The notes under the pieces: model-generated
Told to the model about the DNA's origin: nothing
Database searches by the model: none
What the model saw: the letters and a program-made list of their open reading frames with translations, nothing else
Made by a program: the position numbers and the translations under genes
Origin: Octopus vulgaris
Taxonomy: Eukaryota
DNA length: 64,000 nt
Direction: 5' to 3'
Assembly (NCBI GenBank): GCA_951406725.2
Contig: OX597814.1
Location: 206,646,001-206,710,000, forward strand
Shown here: in pieces, positions 40,208 to 53,638 of the stretch
Numbering within the stretch: position 1 is the stretch's first letter
Layout of the letters: every line of letters begins with the position of its first letter

Positions 40208-40817
40208 GTAAGTATCAATCATATTATATTGATTTATTGAAAGAGTTAATGTTTGAAGAGAACCTTATGCATGTTGTGTGAGAATCATAAAGCAAATGTC
40301 AGCATCCTGTTTAATATTTGTTCTTCCAAGTTATCATTGGAAGGAAGCAGAAGATATCGATGAACAGGACACTTTTATATATAAATAGAAGGAAAAAAGC
40401 CTCATGGCCCAACAACAGTTATTTGACTGATAAATAAGACTATATTAAAACATATTTCTGTGTTTTACTCTCTGTATTGGTGAGTTTTTCTCTGTCATGG
40501 CACGAGCACTAGAGAGGTTGTCATGTCCTCAACAACACTAAAGACTCCTCTTGGGTCTGCATTGTCTCTCTTCATTCACCAACTATTTTACACGGTGGAT
40601 TGGGTCTGTTTTATTGTAGCAGCATCATGAGTGAGGTTGCCTTATCCCTTGCAGGACTAAAGAGTGATAGGAATGACAGATGTGTTTAGAAGTGGTAGGA
40701 GTGAGAGGAGTTGTGAGAGGAGGATATATTTATTACAACTTAATGGTTTCTTCCTGTAATTGGAAAATAATTTAATAAAATGTTCATTATCAATTACTAA
40801 ACAATTATTTTTTTTAG

Positions 40818-41045
40818 ATTCTGGCAAACTTGACCCGAATAATAACCACTTGTCTGGAAACTGCTGAGAGAATGGGAGCAAAAAGCCTGGCATTTCCTAT
40901 ATTAGGGGCTGAAATGAAATACCCCATTGGAAAACTACCCAGAACAATGTATGAAGCAGTGAAAAACTACTCAGATCAAAATTCAAGCCAGATCAAAGAT
41001 GTTTACTTTGTGGTTTTACCTGAAGAAGACAGAGAAATAGCAAAG
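40818..41045 (+). CDS. Macrodomain module exon D, copy 3
   Basis: AG/GTTGGT intact. Reads ILANLTRIITTCLETAERMGAKSLAFPILGAEMKYPIGKLPRTMYEAVKNYSDQNSSQIKDVYFVVLPEEDREIAK. Confidence 0.93.
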
Positions 41046-41624
41046 GTTGGTTGATGTTTTTGTTGTTTGTTGTTTGATGTTGATATTTTTGGAATTTACC
41101 AAAAGCATATTCTGCAAAAAATGAAGAAAATAGAAACAAGAATCTGGAATCATTTTATAAATTTCCCCGCATGACATCCATATGCCTTCTGTCCTGGCAA
41201 GCTTACTTGGTCTCATCACCACTGAAGCACATTTTGAGAGTCCAAACTCCAACTTGATATCATTCACAAAAATCTGCACAGACTGGATTAAGCTGTCCAG
41301 TTCTGTCTCACTATTTGTTAACAATTTTGAGTCATTCCTGAATGCCTGCTGGTAAAGTTTTCACTTACCTCTTCCCACATCAAACCCCAACTTTGTCTTC
41401 TGCTGTATTTCACTTAAGGGGTTTTATTCACAGTGAAAAAAAAATCAGTGGAGACACACTGTTCCCCTGGAAGAGTCCTCTGTTGATATCCACCTCTGCC
41501 AGTACTTTTCATACTCTTCCATATAAAGCTTTTCATGTGTTTTGCTACTCCGTATATTTCTTTAGTTCTTGCTGTCCAAGATTATGTTATCAATCATTAT
41601 TATTATTGTTGTTGTTGTAGTTGA

Positions 41625-44600
41625 TGTTGTGTGAGAGTAGAGTGCCCCCTGGCGAGAATGGACTGGGCCACTATATATAAAAAAGTAGTAGTGGTCTGAA
41701 TAAGTGTGGAAGTTCAGGTTGGAGGGCAATTCATGCTAGTTCTACAGTTCATATGTTGATAGTCAAAGCTGGAGTTGAAAGTTTACAGTTCGAGTTAGCA
41801 TGTTGGTTTGTTGGTTGTTAAAGGATTGTTGTTATGTTCTGCGTGGATACTGCCAGTTTTTCATTACACTGTTGCAGTGTATTTGTTTATCCATGAGGAT
41901 AAACATATCTGGCAACAAGGATTGTTTGAAACTTCACAGGAAATAGCTTCAAGAGAAGCAACAGCAACAACCACAAGAGCTGCAAAAACAAATACTACAA
42001 CATCAACAACAGTAATTGAGTTTTACAGTCAGTGAAGTCCGCAAGTCCAGTAAGATTGTTTATGCCAGATGGCACGGCTAACACAATTTCTAAATTTACG
42101 TATAATCCAGAGGAGAATATTATGTCTCCCGTGTATTATAGAAGATATGAGGAAATTTTTAACAATGAGTGCAAGTCACGGTCGGAGGAGGAGTAAGGCT
42201 TTCACTACACAAGGTAGCTCCTGCCAAACATGAGCAGTACTGTAACTTTATTCTGCCCAGAAAGTTGAGTGGGATTGATTTCCAAGAAAGCGTGGAATTG
42301 TTTTCAAAATTTTGTTTGTAAAAGTTCATTGTTGAGCGCTTTAATGGAGTAGTCAGCCATACGTGTGAAAATTTCAAACTTCAGCATCTCACTCAGGATA
42401 TGTTCAGATCACTTACCTTCATGTAAGGACTTATAGCACTTGAAGACTTTCGGGCAAGGATTCTCTTGAAAATGGAGCAAGCAAACCAGGATTCATCTCT
42501 ACAGACCATCACTGAAGAACGTCAGACTATAGTAAATGATGTGAAAATAATGGCGGATAAAGACTCTGCAAAACTTCAAATGTGTTGCCCTGGAAAGCAG
42601 AATCCAAAAAAGTATCAGGCCCCAAACTGTGTTATGGTTATGGAGGCCTACACTACGAAAAGGTTTGTCCTTTTAAAAACAAAAAGTGCTATAGTTGTCA
42701 TAAGCTGGGACACAGGAGTTCTCATTGTAGAACAAGACAGCAAAGCTCAAATACAAAAAGTTCTAAGATGTTTTCAGCGGAGATCGATTGTGATGGAGAA
42801 ACAAGAAAATTCGTGCATGTAAAGATAAATGATGTGAATACCAAATTACAGTTAGACTCAGGTAGTGACATCTTCATTATAAATGCAGATACTTGGGAAA
42901 AATTGGTAAACCGAGATTACGCAAAACAGCGAAAATAGCATGTGGTGTAACGGGCGACAAATTACATTTGATGGACAAAACATGTATCGACGTCACATTT
43001 CGAGGAGAGACACGTGAAGCAAAATTATTCATCTGTTTGGTACAGATTGGCTAGAACTGTTCAATTTATGGTACCTCCCTGTAAATCTTTACTGCAATAA
43101 AATAAATGGTTGTCACGTTAAAAACAAGTCTACAGAAGAACTGAAGGAAAAATTGAAAAAACAAATGTTCCTGCAAGTGTTATCAGAGGATTTAGGTCTA
43201 TATAGAAAGATGGAAGCCTATTTTCAAATAAGTGAAAACGTACCTGTATTTAAAGCAAAAGGAAAAGTACCATTTGTGGCAATTGAAACTGCAAATGAAG
43301 AGTTGGACAGACTCGAAAAGAGTGGAGTCATCAAAAAGGTGGATTACTCGAAGTGGGCGGCATCCATGGTATGCATTTAAAAAAAAACAACATAAGATTA
43401 GTTTGTGTGTCGATTTCTCTATGGGATTGATCGATTGCTTAAAAACATACCAGCATCCATTCCCGACTGCAGAGGACATTTTTTCAAAGTTAAATGGTAG
43501 AAAATTTATTTGCAAATTAGATCTGTCTGAAGCCTATTTACAGATGAAAGTAATTAAAAATATACTCAAAGTATTTGACACAGAGGATTGTATAGGTACA
43601 CGCTATTACCTTTTGGATTAAAAGTTGCACCAGCAATATTTCAGCAAATCATGGATGCTATGTTATCTGATTGTGAATTTGCTATCCCGTACTCGGTCAA
43701 CATTTTGATTAAGAGTAATTCTTGTGAACAGCATGTGGAACACATTAAAGCTATGTTTAAGAAAAGTTTTGGGGTTCACTTTGAGTGAAGAAAAATGCGA
43801 ATTCTTTCTACCCCACATTAAATACTATGGGCAAATAGTTGATAAAAGTTGAAGAGATCTTGACCCATCAAGGGCAGACACAATAAGGAATATGCCTTTG
43901 CCAACAAATATTCCATCTTTACAAGCATTTCTCGGGTTGGCAAACAATTATCAAAACTACATTCCTAATATGTACAAGTTAAGAACACCATTGAACGACT
44001 TACCAAAAAAAGGGAGTAAAGTGGAATTGTCTCCCTGAATGCCAGAACACTTTTGAAGAAATTGTTAAACATTCTAACCTGAGACCTGTCGTTAGCACCT
44101 TACGATCCCAAAATGGACATCATTGCAGTGTTTGATGTTTCCGAGTACTGATGAGATGCAGTTCTACTTCATAAATACGAAGACGGAAGTACAAAACCAG
44201 TGGTTCCTCTTTCGAGTTAATAACAGCAGAGGAGAGATATAGTCCAATTGAAAAGGAGACCCTAGCAATTAATTTTGCAGTTAAAAAGGTCCACAGGTTT
44301 CTGCATGGCAGAAGGTTTTTATTGCAATCAGACCATTTGCTGTCAACTTATGGGTCTAAAAGAGGGTTACTGGCTCATACTGTGAACCGCTTGCAATATT
44401 CGGGTGTAATATTACTAAATTATAATTTCAAAATGAAATCCATTCCAATGAAAAAAATCCTTCCGGAATTAATTAAAAAAATATATAGAAGAGACTGTTA
44501 TAGCCACAGTTCTGGCAGAAAGTGAAAGTAAAAGTGTTACGACAAATGTTATCCAAGAACTACCAATGATAGCACAGGATACAAGAATGAAAGCTGTAAG

Positions 44601-45478
44601 TGATGAGTATATTACAGAAATGAAAGAAGCTTTAAAAAATGAACGGAACAAAAATTCAGATGTCAGTAGTTTTTCAATCTGCAACGATATTCTGATGTAT
44701 TCCCAAAGACTGGTGGTTCCACCTTCATTACAAAAAAAAAAGGTGTGTTGCAACAATTTCATAGCGGACATCCCGGAATGGCAAGGATGAAGGGTCTGAT
44801 GTGGAGTTATATCTATTGATCATGTATGGACTGAGATATCGAAAACTTGTTGAAAACATAGGGAGGTTGTGCACTCGAAGCCAAAGCCCCACTGGTAAAA
44901 TATCACTTGTGACCAGAAATGGTGGAGCCATGGTGTAGGCTACACATTGACTATGATGGACTGGTAAATGGCGCTTACTACCTCATCATGGCAGATAGCT
45001 GTACTAAGTGGCCAGAGGTTTGCAGGTGCTATAGACAAACCTCTAAGACAATTATAAGGTTTTTATACAAATTGTTTGTATGATATGGTAACCATGACAT
45101 GCTAGTTTCTGATATTGGGATGCAGTTCTCTGGGTACAAATTCAAGAACTTCTGTAAAAGAGATGAGATAAAGCATATTTTCACTCCACCCTACTACCTG
45201 AGGTCAAGCGGGCAGGTAGAACGCTTTGTGGACACCTTTAAAAGAGTGTTAAGGAAAGCAGGGAATGAATCAAAATGTCATTAACTGTGGTAGACCGGTG
45301 TGTTTATTCTTCCTGTTTTGGGGTGGGGGACAGCTCAAATGAATTTATTTTTCTGTCAAAAGTTGTTTGCATTTTCCCCGTCACCATTGGAGAAAGCCGA
45401 ACAGAACATGGTGAGGCCTATATGTGAAAGAGGGGGAGAGATCGAGGCTCAAATACAAAATGCTTTAGGTTCTGTCTA
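41625..45478 (+). mobile_element. Ty3/Gypsy relic (gag-PR-RT-RH-INT, frameshifted; probably Mag/K02A2.6-like clade), U3
   Basis: Motifs CCHC, LDSGS, CVDFS..HPFPTAEDIFSKLNG..KLDLSEAYLQ, LPFGLKVAPAIFQQIMD, YxDD decayed to YSVN, integrase VSDIGMQF..TPPYY..SSGQVERFVDTFKR. No 3' LTR seen. Confidence 0.9.
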
Positions 45479-46988
45479 ATGACATACACATAAATACATT
45501 CTTATATATTTATGATGATGATGATGATCATAAAATTTCAGTAACAGCTTTTGAAAAAATACAATAAAAGTAACAAGAACAGAATGCATCCTCTTCATCA
45601 CCATCATCTCCATCACCACCACCACCACCACCACAACCAATGTGCAATAGAATTTGTGGAGTTAGATATTCTATGGCTTGACGCCTTTCCTGTCACCAAC
45701 CCTCACCCCATTCCAAGGGAGGTAACTATTTCTGCATTTTAAAGAACATCACAAACTATTAGAAACAAAGGACACTGCTTGCATAACAGGGACACTCGTT
45801 TACAGCTAACAAATAATGTAAAGGCAAGGAGACACACACACATATGTATGAATGGCGTCTCTCATTTACTGCCTACCAGACTCAATCACAGAGCTTTGAT
45901 TGGCCTAAGGCTATAGTTAAAGACACTTGCTCAAGGTGCCATACATTGAGACTGAACCTAAATCAAGGTAATTAAAAGTAATAGCAACAGAAGCAGTATT
46001 AATACCAAAAGCAATCTTTATATCCAACTAAATGTGGATGTTGTGTTAGAACCTCAAATACTGCCTTATTTACCTTGAGAGGACCTCTCATATGGACGTA
46101 CGGTCCATAAATGCATGCAAATTTATATTGTTAGTAGACAACAATCATCTTCTAAAGGCACCAGAACTGCCAGATCATGTATTTTCGCTCTGCTCAGGTT
46201 CATCAGTGACAGACACCCTGTAGCATCATAACAGCCAAATCTCCCTGTCAACGATATATAGACACTGATGTCACAAATAGCCTGAAGTCTTATTAAAGAT
46301 AATTAATAGCAACAGAAGCAGTGTTAATAGCAAAAGGCATTCTTTATGTCCATATGCTGTAATGAAGAAATAGGGGAAATTCCTGTCCACTGTAGAACCT
46401 GTTTGTGAAGTTCTTTCTTTTTGAATCTTTTCCCTTTTCCTTTGTCATCTCTCTTATGAATGACCATGATCCTAATTGTTGGACCTCCTCCACCTCCTCC
46501 TTCTTGCTTATAATATCAACAAATAATTACCTTGTACTCTGCTTTTGTTGCTCAAATATTCTTGGCTACACAAGATGCACCAAAGAACCTCAACTTCAAC
46601 ATTCTTGATAGACATTTCAACAGCAAACACAAGACTCAGCAGTTTTAATCAGAATGGTGAGTGGAGAGAAGAAACAATACAACTTCAGCTACATGAAGAC
46701 ACCTTTGCCACATGTTTAACTTCACTAACACCACATCAGTGGTCACAGTGGAAGGTTTTTCTGCCACATCCACTATAATACCATGTCTCCCAGTAGACTG
46801 GAAGGTCGTGGATGGAATATCTTTGATCTGAGTGACAAAGTAATTTTCCTCATTTCCTTATTACTGATTAGAAAGAAATCATTAAATATTTTCAATATTT
46901 TGTTTGTCTTTTGTTAAATTAAATCTCTTCTCTTTAAAAAAAGCAAAAAATTATACACAAATGATTCTCATGGTTTTGAATTTTACAG

Positions 46989-47070
46989 AAATTTGAAGAA
47001 TATCTCCAAAATAAAGACGAAAATGAAGGAATGATGGATAAACAGGAAAAGGAAAGATTTCATTCAAAAG
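46989..47070 (+). CDS. Macrodomain module exon E, copy 3
   Basis: ttttacAG/GTAAAC. Reads KFEEYLQNKDENEGMMDKQEKERFHSK+G. Confidence 0.82.
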
Positions 47071-47223
47071 GTAAACAATTTGTTAGTTGATATTGAATAT
47101 TATGGTGTTTTGTCATACCGTCTCTATTAAACACTGTTTATTATAAATATGATTAATGTTATTATCATTGTTATTATTATTATTATTAATGTTATTATTA
47201 TTATTATTATTATTATTATCATT

Positions 47224-47254
<31 letters not shown>

Positions 47255-47328
47255 TCATTATTATTATTATTAATTATTAATTATTATCATTATTATTATT
47301 CTGATTATTATTACTATTATTATTATTA

Positions 47329-48257
47329 CCTTTCTTTTCTTCTTTCAAATTTGCTTCCATTTCTTGCCGAGTGTCTTCCCGACTCTTAGGGCAAAGAAAC
47401 TCATAGTATACATTGGTAGGCCATTAAACTAAACTCAATAGTTCGTTCATTTTTTTTTTTTTTTAAGTTAAATTAAATTACATGGGTCGTAATAATTCTC
47501 ACATCGACAATGCTCTTCTCAATACATGTGATGTACCAGTTAAGACAATCTTTTGCACTTCTTGCAGGGATGGTACGCCAGGGATCATTCTCATATAATT
47601 TTCGGTTCCCTTCTTGATCATTCCTAGTGCTCCTACGATCACTGGTATTGTAACCGCCTTGAGATGCCACATTTTCTCAATTTCAATGAGTAGGTCTTTA
47701 TATTTACTGAGCTTGTCAAACTCTTTCGCTGAGATATTATGATCACAGGGGATGCTCATGTCGATCAATAAGCAAACTTTATTGTTTTGGTCTTTCACAA
47801 CAATATCTGGTTTATTGGCCTTGATGGTTCGGTCTGTATGTACTGGAAAGTCCCACAGAATCGTTACATTTTCTCCTTCAGTTACAGCCTCAGGGTGGTG
47901 ATTATACCACTTGTCGGCAGTTTTGATATTGTAATGCCGACTTATTAGCCAGTGTAGATATTGGCCAACTCTGTCATGTCTTAATTTATACTCCACTGGT
48001 GCTAAGACTTTACATCCAGAGATTAGGTGGTCCACTGTTTCAATCATGTCGTTGCAGAATCGGCATTTTGGGTCTGCTCCATTTTTCATCACATTGGCCT
48101 GGTAGTTCCGGGTTAATAGGCTTTGATCTTGAGCAGCCAGGATGAAACCTTCGCTCTCTGCTTTTAGCCCTGAGCTCCGTAGCCACTGATGGATTTGCTT
48201 CTGGTCAACATCAGCTTGTTTGCTGCGGGCCACGTATTTGCCGTGCAGAGGTTTCTC
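47329..48257 (-). mobile_element. R4/Dong-like family 1 fragment, U3 (shorter, open 244-aa frame)
   Basis: ORF 47499-48233 with CCHC, RHD and PD-D/E-K motifs. Confidence 0.88.
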
Positions 48258-48342
48258 TGCATATTATGGTGTTTTGTCATACCGTCTCTATTAAACACTG
48301 TTTATTATAAATATGATTAATGTTAATATCATTATTATCATT

Positions 48343-48806
48343 CTGTGCCGGTGGCACATAAAAAGCACCACCCGACTGTGGCTGTGGCCAGCACCACCCG
48401 ACTGTGGCCGTGGCCAGCACCACCCGACTGGCCTCTGTGCTGGTGGCACGTAAAAAGCACAATCCGATCGTGGCTGTTGCCAGCTTCACCTGGTCCCCGT
48501 GCCGGTGGACGTAAGAAGCACCATCCGTCCATGACCGTTTGCCAGCCCCGTCTGGCATCTGTCCCGGTGCTACATAAAAAGCACCATCCGATCGTGGCCG
48601 TTGCCAGCCACGTCTGGCACCTGTGCCGGTGGCACGTAAAAAGCACCCACTACACTCACGGAGTGGTTGGCGTTAGGAAGGGCATCCAGCCATAGATACA
48701 CTGCCAGATCAGACTGCGCCTGGTGCAGCCTTCTGGCTTCCCAGACCCCAGTTGAACGGTCCAACCCATGCTAGCATGGAAAGCGGACACTAAATAATGA
48801 TGATGA
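48343..48806 (+). mobile_element. Same SINE-like element, U3 (more subrepeats); absent in U2
   Basis: Homologous to 13644-14020. Confidence 0.7.
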
Positions 48807-48832
48807 TTATTATTAATTATTAATGATTAATG

Positions 48833-48870
<38 letters not shown>

Positions 48871-50705
48871 TATTATTATGATTGCTATTATTGTTATAGA
48901 TGTGGCACAGTATACAATATCGTGAGATTGTTGATCGAAGATATTGTGTCTACTCGGGGTTTGCAGTGTTTGTCAAGTCACAAGAAGGACCTCAGGCAGA
49001 CAATACTTTACACAATTCCAAGTAATGCTGACTTTTGCAATACATCTAGATTGCGGAGTATCTCTAAGGACTTCAGATGTTTTTTCAGTTTGGATCGTAT
49101 TGAACCCAAAACTCCGATGACAATAGGGATAACCTTTATGTTTGACTCTTGTACCTGCCACATCTTAGCAATCTCAATTCTCAGGTTTCCATATTTATCA
49201 ACCTTTTTCTCTTTATTTCATGATGATGTGTTGATCTCCTGGCCCTGCCAAATCGATTATTTGGCACTTTTGTTTGTCCCTTCTAAAGGTTTCTATATCT
49301 GGCCTTCAGTTCTCTAACACTTTGTCTGTCTGGAAATCAAAGTCCCAGAGGATTTTTGCCTTCCCCTTTTCGTTCATTACTTTTTTGGTGTATGTTGGTA
49401 CCAAGCACCCATAACCTCATATCCATACTTATGGCATAGTAGCCAGTGGAGGTTTTCGGCTACTTTGTCGTGTCTACGCTTGAACTCTTCCTGCGCAAGA
49501 CTTTCTCAAGCACTACTTTCGGCCCTCTTCCCACACATTCTGCAGAGATCCGTTGCACTTGTGTGGTATATATTCTTTTCCACTGAGTCCTGGGCCCAAA
49601 TGATTAGGCTTTCAGTATTTTTCATTAGGTCACCCTTGTTGAGCCATTCTATGATGCTTCTTTGTCTTTTAATTTGTTGGTTCCAGTGGAACTGTAATTC
49701 CATACGGAGTAGGGTTTCTTCTCTCCGTCGGCTGTTCGTGATCAGAATTCATGTTTACCCTCAAGTTCCTGTGCTATCAGAATAGAAGCAGTTGTAGTAT
49801 TTGTAGTATTAGCAGCTGCAGTATCCTATCATTATTTTTCTTTTTATCATTGTCACCATCACCACCACTACAACTCTGCATGTTTCTAGTAATCCCCTAT
49901 GTCAGTACAAATCTGATTTATCCTCAACTATTGAGATTTCGGATTTGATCAAATTTAGCATAACAGTCACAGAAATGCAAGAATTTAATTAAACAATCTG
50001 GCAATCCCAAGCAAAATTACGTCATTTTAGTTTTCCCACATGTGTAGCCTTTAGGGGCCATTCTGGTAATTGTTTGGGCTAAAATACAAGGGTGGGGAAC
50101 GAGAATTGTTCATCCATTGAAAAGAAGAGCTGGTCCCCCAGAAGAGAGATCAGCCAAGTCTCAAAAGCAACAACAACATCAACAATAGTGCATGTGAGGC
50201 CTAGGAAAACGATTTTGCCTTGCTTCTGTCATCCCATTTCACCATCACAGGAACAAAAGAAATTAATGAGAAAAAGTGACAACAACAGCGAGAAAACAGC
50301 TGCCATGCTGGTGGCAGCTGCAGCAGGTTTGCCAGTACCACTGCCAACATCATCATCATCATCGTTTAACATCTGTTTTCTAAGCATGCATGGATTGGAC
50401 AGTTGACAGGAGCCGGCAAGGTGGAAAATAACTACCCTTCGCTACTGTGTCTGTTTTGGCAGGAATTTTACAGCTGGATGCACTTCCTAACACCAACCAC
50501 TCAGCAGAGTGGACTCAGTACATTTTACGTGGAACTAGCACAACAAAGTTAGTTTTGGCATTATTTTTGCAGCTAGATGCCCTTCCAAATGCAAGCCATT
50601 TCACAATGTGCAGTGGATGCTTTTTACATGGCACCAGTGCTGGCAGGGTCACCAAGATAATGAATTATGAGAGGGGCAAGGCATTTGATGAGGAGAGCTT
50701 GTGTC

Positions 50706-53638
50706 AGATGATGAAAGGTTAGAGTGTGACAGAGAGACAGAAAGAGGGGTCTTGCCATAGCAGAGAGGGCATTGGAGGAGGTGATCCAGTAGTAGATGAT
50801 GAAATGTTAGAGTGTGACAGAGAGACAGAAAGAGGGGTCTTGCCATAACAGAGAGGGCATTGGAGGTGGTGATCCAGTAGTAGATGATGAAAGGTTAGAG
50901 TGTGACAGAGAGACAGAAAGAGGGGTCTTGCCATAACAGAGAGGGCATTGGAGGAGGTGATCCAGTAGTAGATGATGAAAGGTTAGAGTGTGACAGAGAG
51001 ACAGAAAGAGGGGTCTTGCCATAGCAGAGAGGGCATTGGAGGAGGTGATCCAGTAGTAGATGATGAAATGTTAGAGTGTGACAGCGAGACAGAAAGAGGG
51101 GTCTTGCCATAACAGAGAGGGCATTGGAGGAGGTGATCCAGTAGTAAATGATGAAATGTTAGAGTGTGACAGAGAGACAGAAAGAGGGGTCTTGCCATAA
51201 CAGAGAGGGCATTGGAGGTGGTGATCTAGTAGTAGATGATGAAAGGTTAGAGTGTGACAGAGAGACAGAAAGAGGGGTCTTGCCATAACAGAGAGGGCAT
51301 TGGAGGAGGTGATCCAGTAGTAGATGATGAAATGTTAGAGTGTGACAGAGAGGCAGAAAGAGGGGTCTTGCCATAACAGAGAGGGCATTAGAGGTGGTGA
51401 TCCAGTAGTAGATGATGAAATGTTAGAGTGTGACAGAGAGACAGAAAGAGGGGTCTTGCCATAACAGAGAGGGCATTGGAGGAGGTGATCCAGTAGTAGA
51501 TGATGAAATGTTAGAGTGTGACAGAGAGACAGAAAGAGGGGTCTTGCCATAACAGAGAGGGCATTGGAGGTGGTGATCCAGTAGTAGATGATGAAAGGTT
51601 AGAGTGTGACAGAGAGACAGAAAGAGGGGTCTTGCCATAACAGAGAGGGCATTGGAGGAGGTGATCCAGTAGTAGATGATGAAATGTTAGAGTGTGACAG
51701 AGAGACAGAAAGAGGGGTCTTGCCATAACAGAGAGGGCATTGGAGGTGGTGATCCAGTAGTAGATGATGAAATGTTAGAGTGTGACAGAAAGACAGAAAG
51801 AGGGGTCTTGCCATAACAGAGAGGGCATAGGAGGTGGTGATCCAGTAGTAGATGATGAAAGGTTAGAGTGTGACAGAGAAACAGAAAGAGGGGTCTTGCC
51901 ATAGCAGAGAGGGCATTGGAGGAGGTGATCCAGTAGTAGATGATGAAATGTTAGAGTGTGACAGAGAGACAGAAAGAGGGGTCTTGCCATAACAGAGAGG
52001 GCATTGGAGGTGGTGATCCAGTAGTAGATGATGAAAGGTTAGAGTGTGACAGAGAGACAGAAAGAGGGGTCTTGCCATAACAGAGAGGGCATTGGAGGAG
52101 GTGATCCAGTAGTAGATGATGAAATGTTAGAGTGTGACAGAGAGGCAGAAAGAGGGGTCTTGCCATAACAGAGAGGGCATAGGAGGTGGTGATCCAGTAG
52201 TAGATGATGAAATGTTAGAGTGTGACAGAGAGACAGAAAGAGGGGTCTTGCATAACAGAGAGGGCATTGGAGGAGGTGATCCAGTAGTAGATGATGAAAT
52301 GTTAGAGTGTGACAGAGAGACAGAAAGAGGGGTCTTGCCATAACAGAGAGGGCATTGGAGGTGGTGATCCAGTAGTAGATGATGAAAGGTTAGAGTGTGA
52401 CAGAGAGACAGAAAGAGGGGTCTTGCCATAACAGAGAGGGCATTGGAGGAGGTGATCCAGTAGTAGATGATGAAATGTTAGAGTGTGACAGAGAGACAGA
52501 AAGAGGGGTCTTGCCATAACAGAGAGGGCATTGGAGGTGGTGATCCAGTAGTAGATGATGAAATGTTAGAGTGTGACAGAAAGACAGAAAGAGGGGTCTT
52601 GCCATAACAGAGAGGGCATAGGAGGTGGTGATCCAGTAGTAGATGATGAAAGGTTAGAGTGTGACAGAGAAACAGAAAGAGGGGTCTTGCCATAGCAGAG
52701 AGGGCATTGGAGGAGGTGATCCAGTAGTAGATGATGAAATGTTAGAGTGTGACAGAGAGACAGAAAGAGGGGTCTTGCCATAACAGAGAGGGCATTGGAG
52801 GTGGTGATCCAGTAGTAGATGATGAAAGGTTAGAGTGTGACAGAGAGACAGAAAGAGGGGTCTTGCCATAACAGAGAGGGCATTGGAGGTGGTGATCTAG
52901 TAGTAGATGATGAAATGTTAGAGTGTGACAGAGAGACAGAAAGAGGGGTCTTGCCATAACAGAGAGGGCATTGGAGGAGGTGATCTAGTAGTAGATGATG
53001 AAATGTTAGAGTGTGACAGAGAGACAGAAAGAGGGGTCTTGCCATAACAGAGAGGGCATTGGAGGTGGTGATCTAGTAGTAGATGATGAAAGGTTAGAGT
53101 GTGACAGAGAGACAGAAAGAGGGGTCTTTCCATAACAGAGAGGGCATTGGAGGAGGTGATCCAGTAGTAGATGATGAAATGTTAGAGTGTGACAGAGAGG
53201 CAGAAAGAGGGGTCTTGCCATAACAGAGAGGGCATTGGAGGAGGTGATCCAGTAGTAGATGATGAAATGTTAGAGTGTGACAGAGAGACAGAAAGAGGGA
53301 TCTTGCCATAACAGAGAGGGCATTGGAGGAGGTGATCCAGTAGCAGATGATGAAATGTTAGAGTGTGACAGAGAGACAGAAAGAGGGGTCTTGCCATAAC
53401 AGAGAGGGCATTGGAGGTGGTGATCCAGTAGTAGATGATGAAATGTTAGAGTGTGACAGAGAGACATAAAGAGGGGTCTTGCCATAACAGAGAGGGCATT
53501 GGAGGTGGTGATCCAGTAGTAGATGATGAAATGTTAGAGTGTGACAGAGAGACAGAAAGAGGGGTCTTGCCATAGCAGAGAGGGCATTGGAGGAGGTGAT
53601 CCAGTAGTAGATGATGAAATGTTAGAGTGTGACGGAGA
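50706..53638. repeat. 88-bp intronic satellite array, ~33 copies
   Basis: Same monomer. Confidence 0.97.

Larger units (their letters stand above)
33911..50558 (+). repeat. Tandem segmental duplication unit U3 (lacks the 88-bp array, has an extra 1.3 kb segment and a longer Gypsy relic)
   Basis: Collinear copy. Sequence jumps from caaccactcag directly to gtttggaaaagcaaagcc at ~33911. Confidence 0.92.

Noticed and set aside
41625-45478. Active or domesticated Gypsy element
   Set aside because: Multiple stops and frameshifts, catalytic YxDD lost, no 3' LTR
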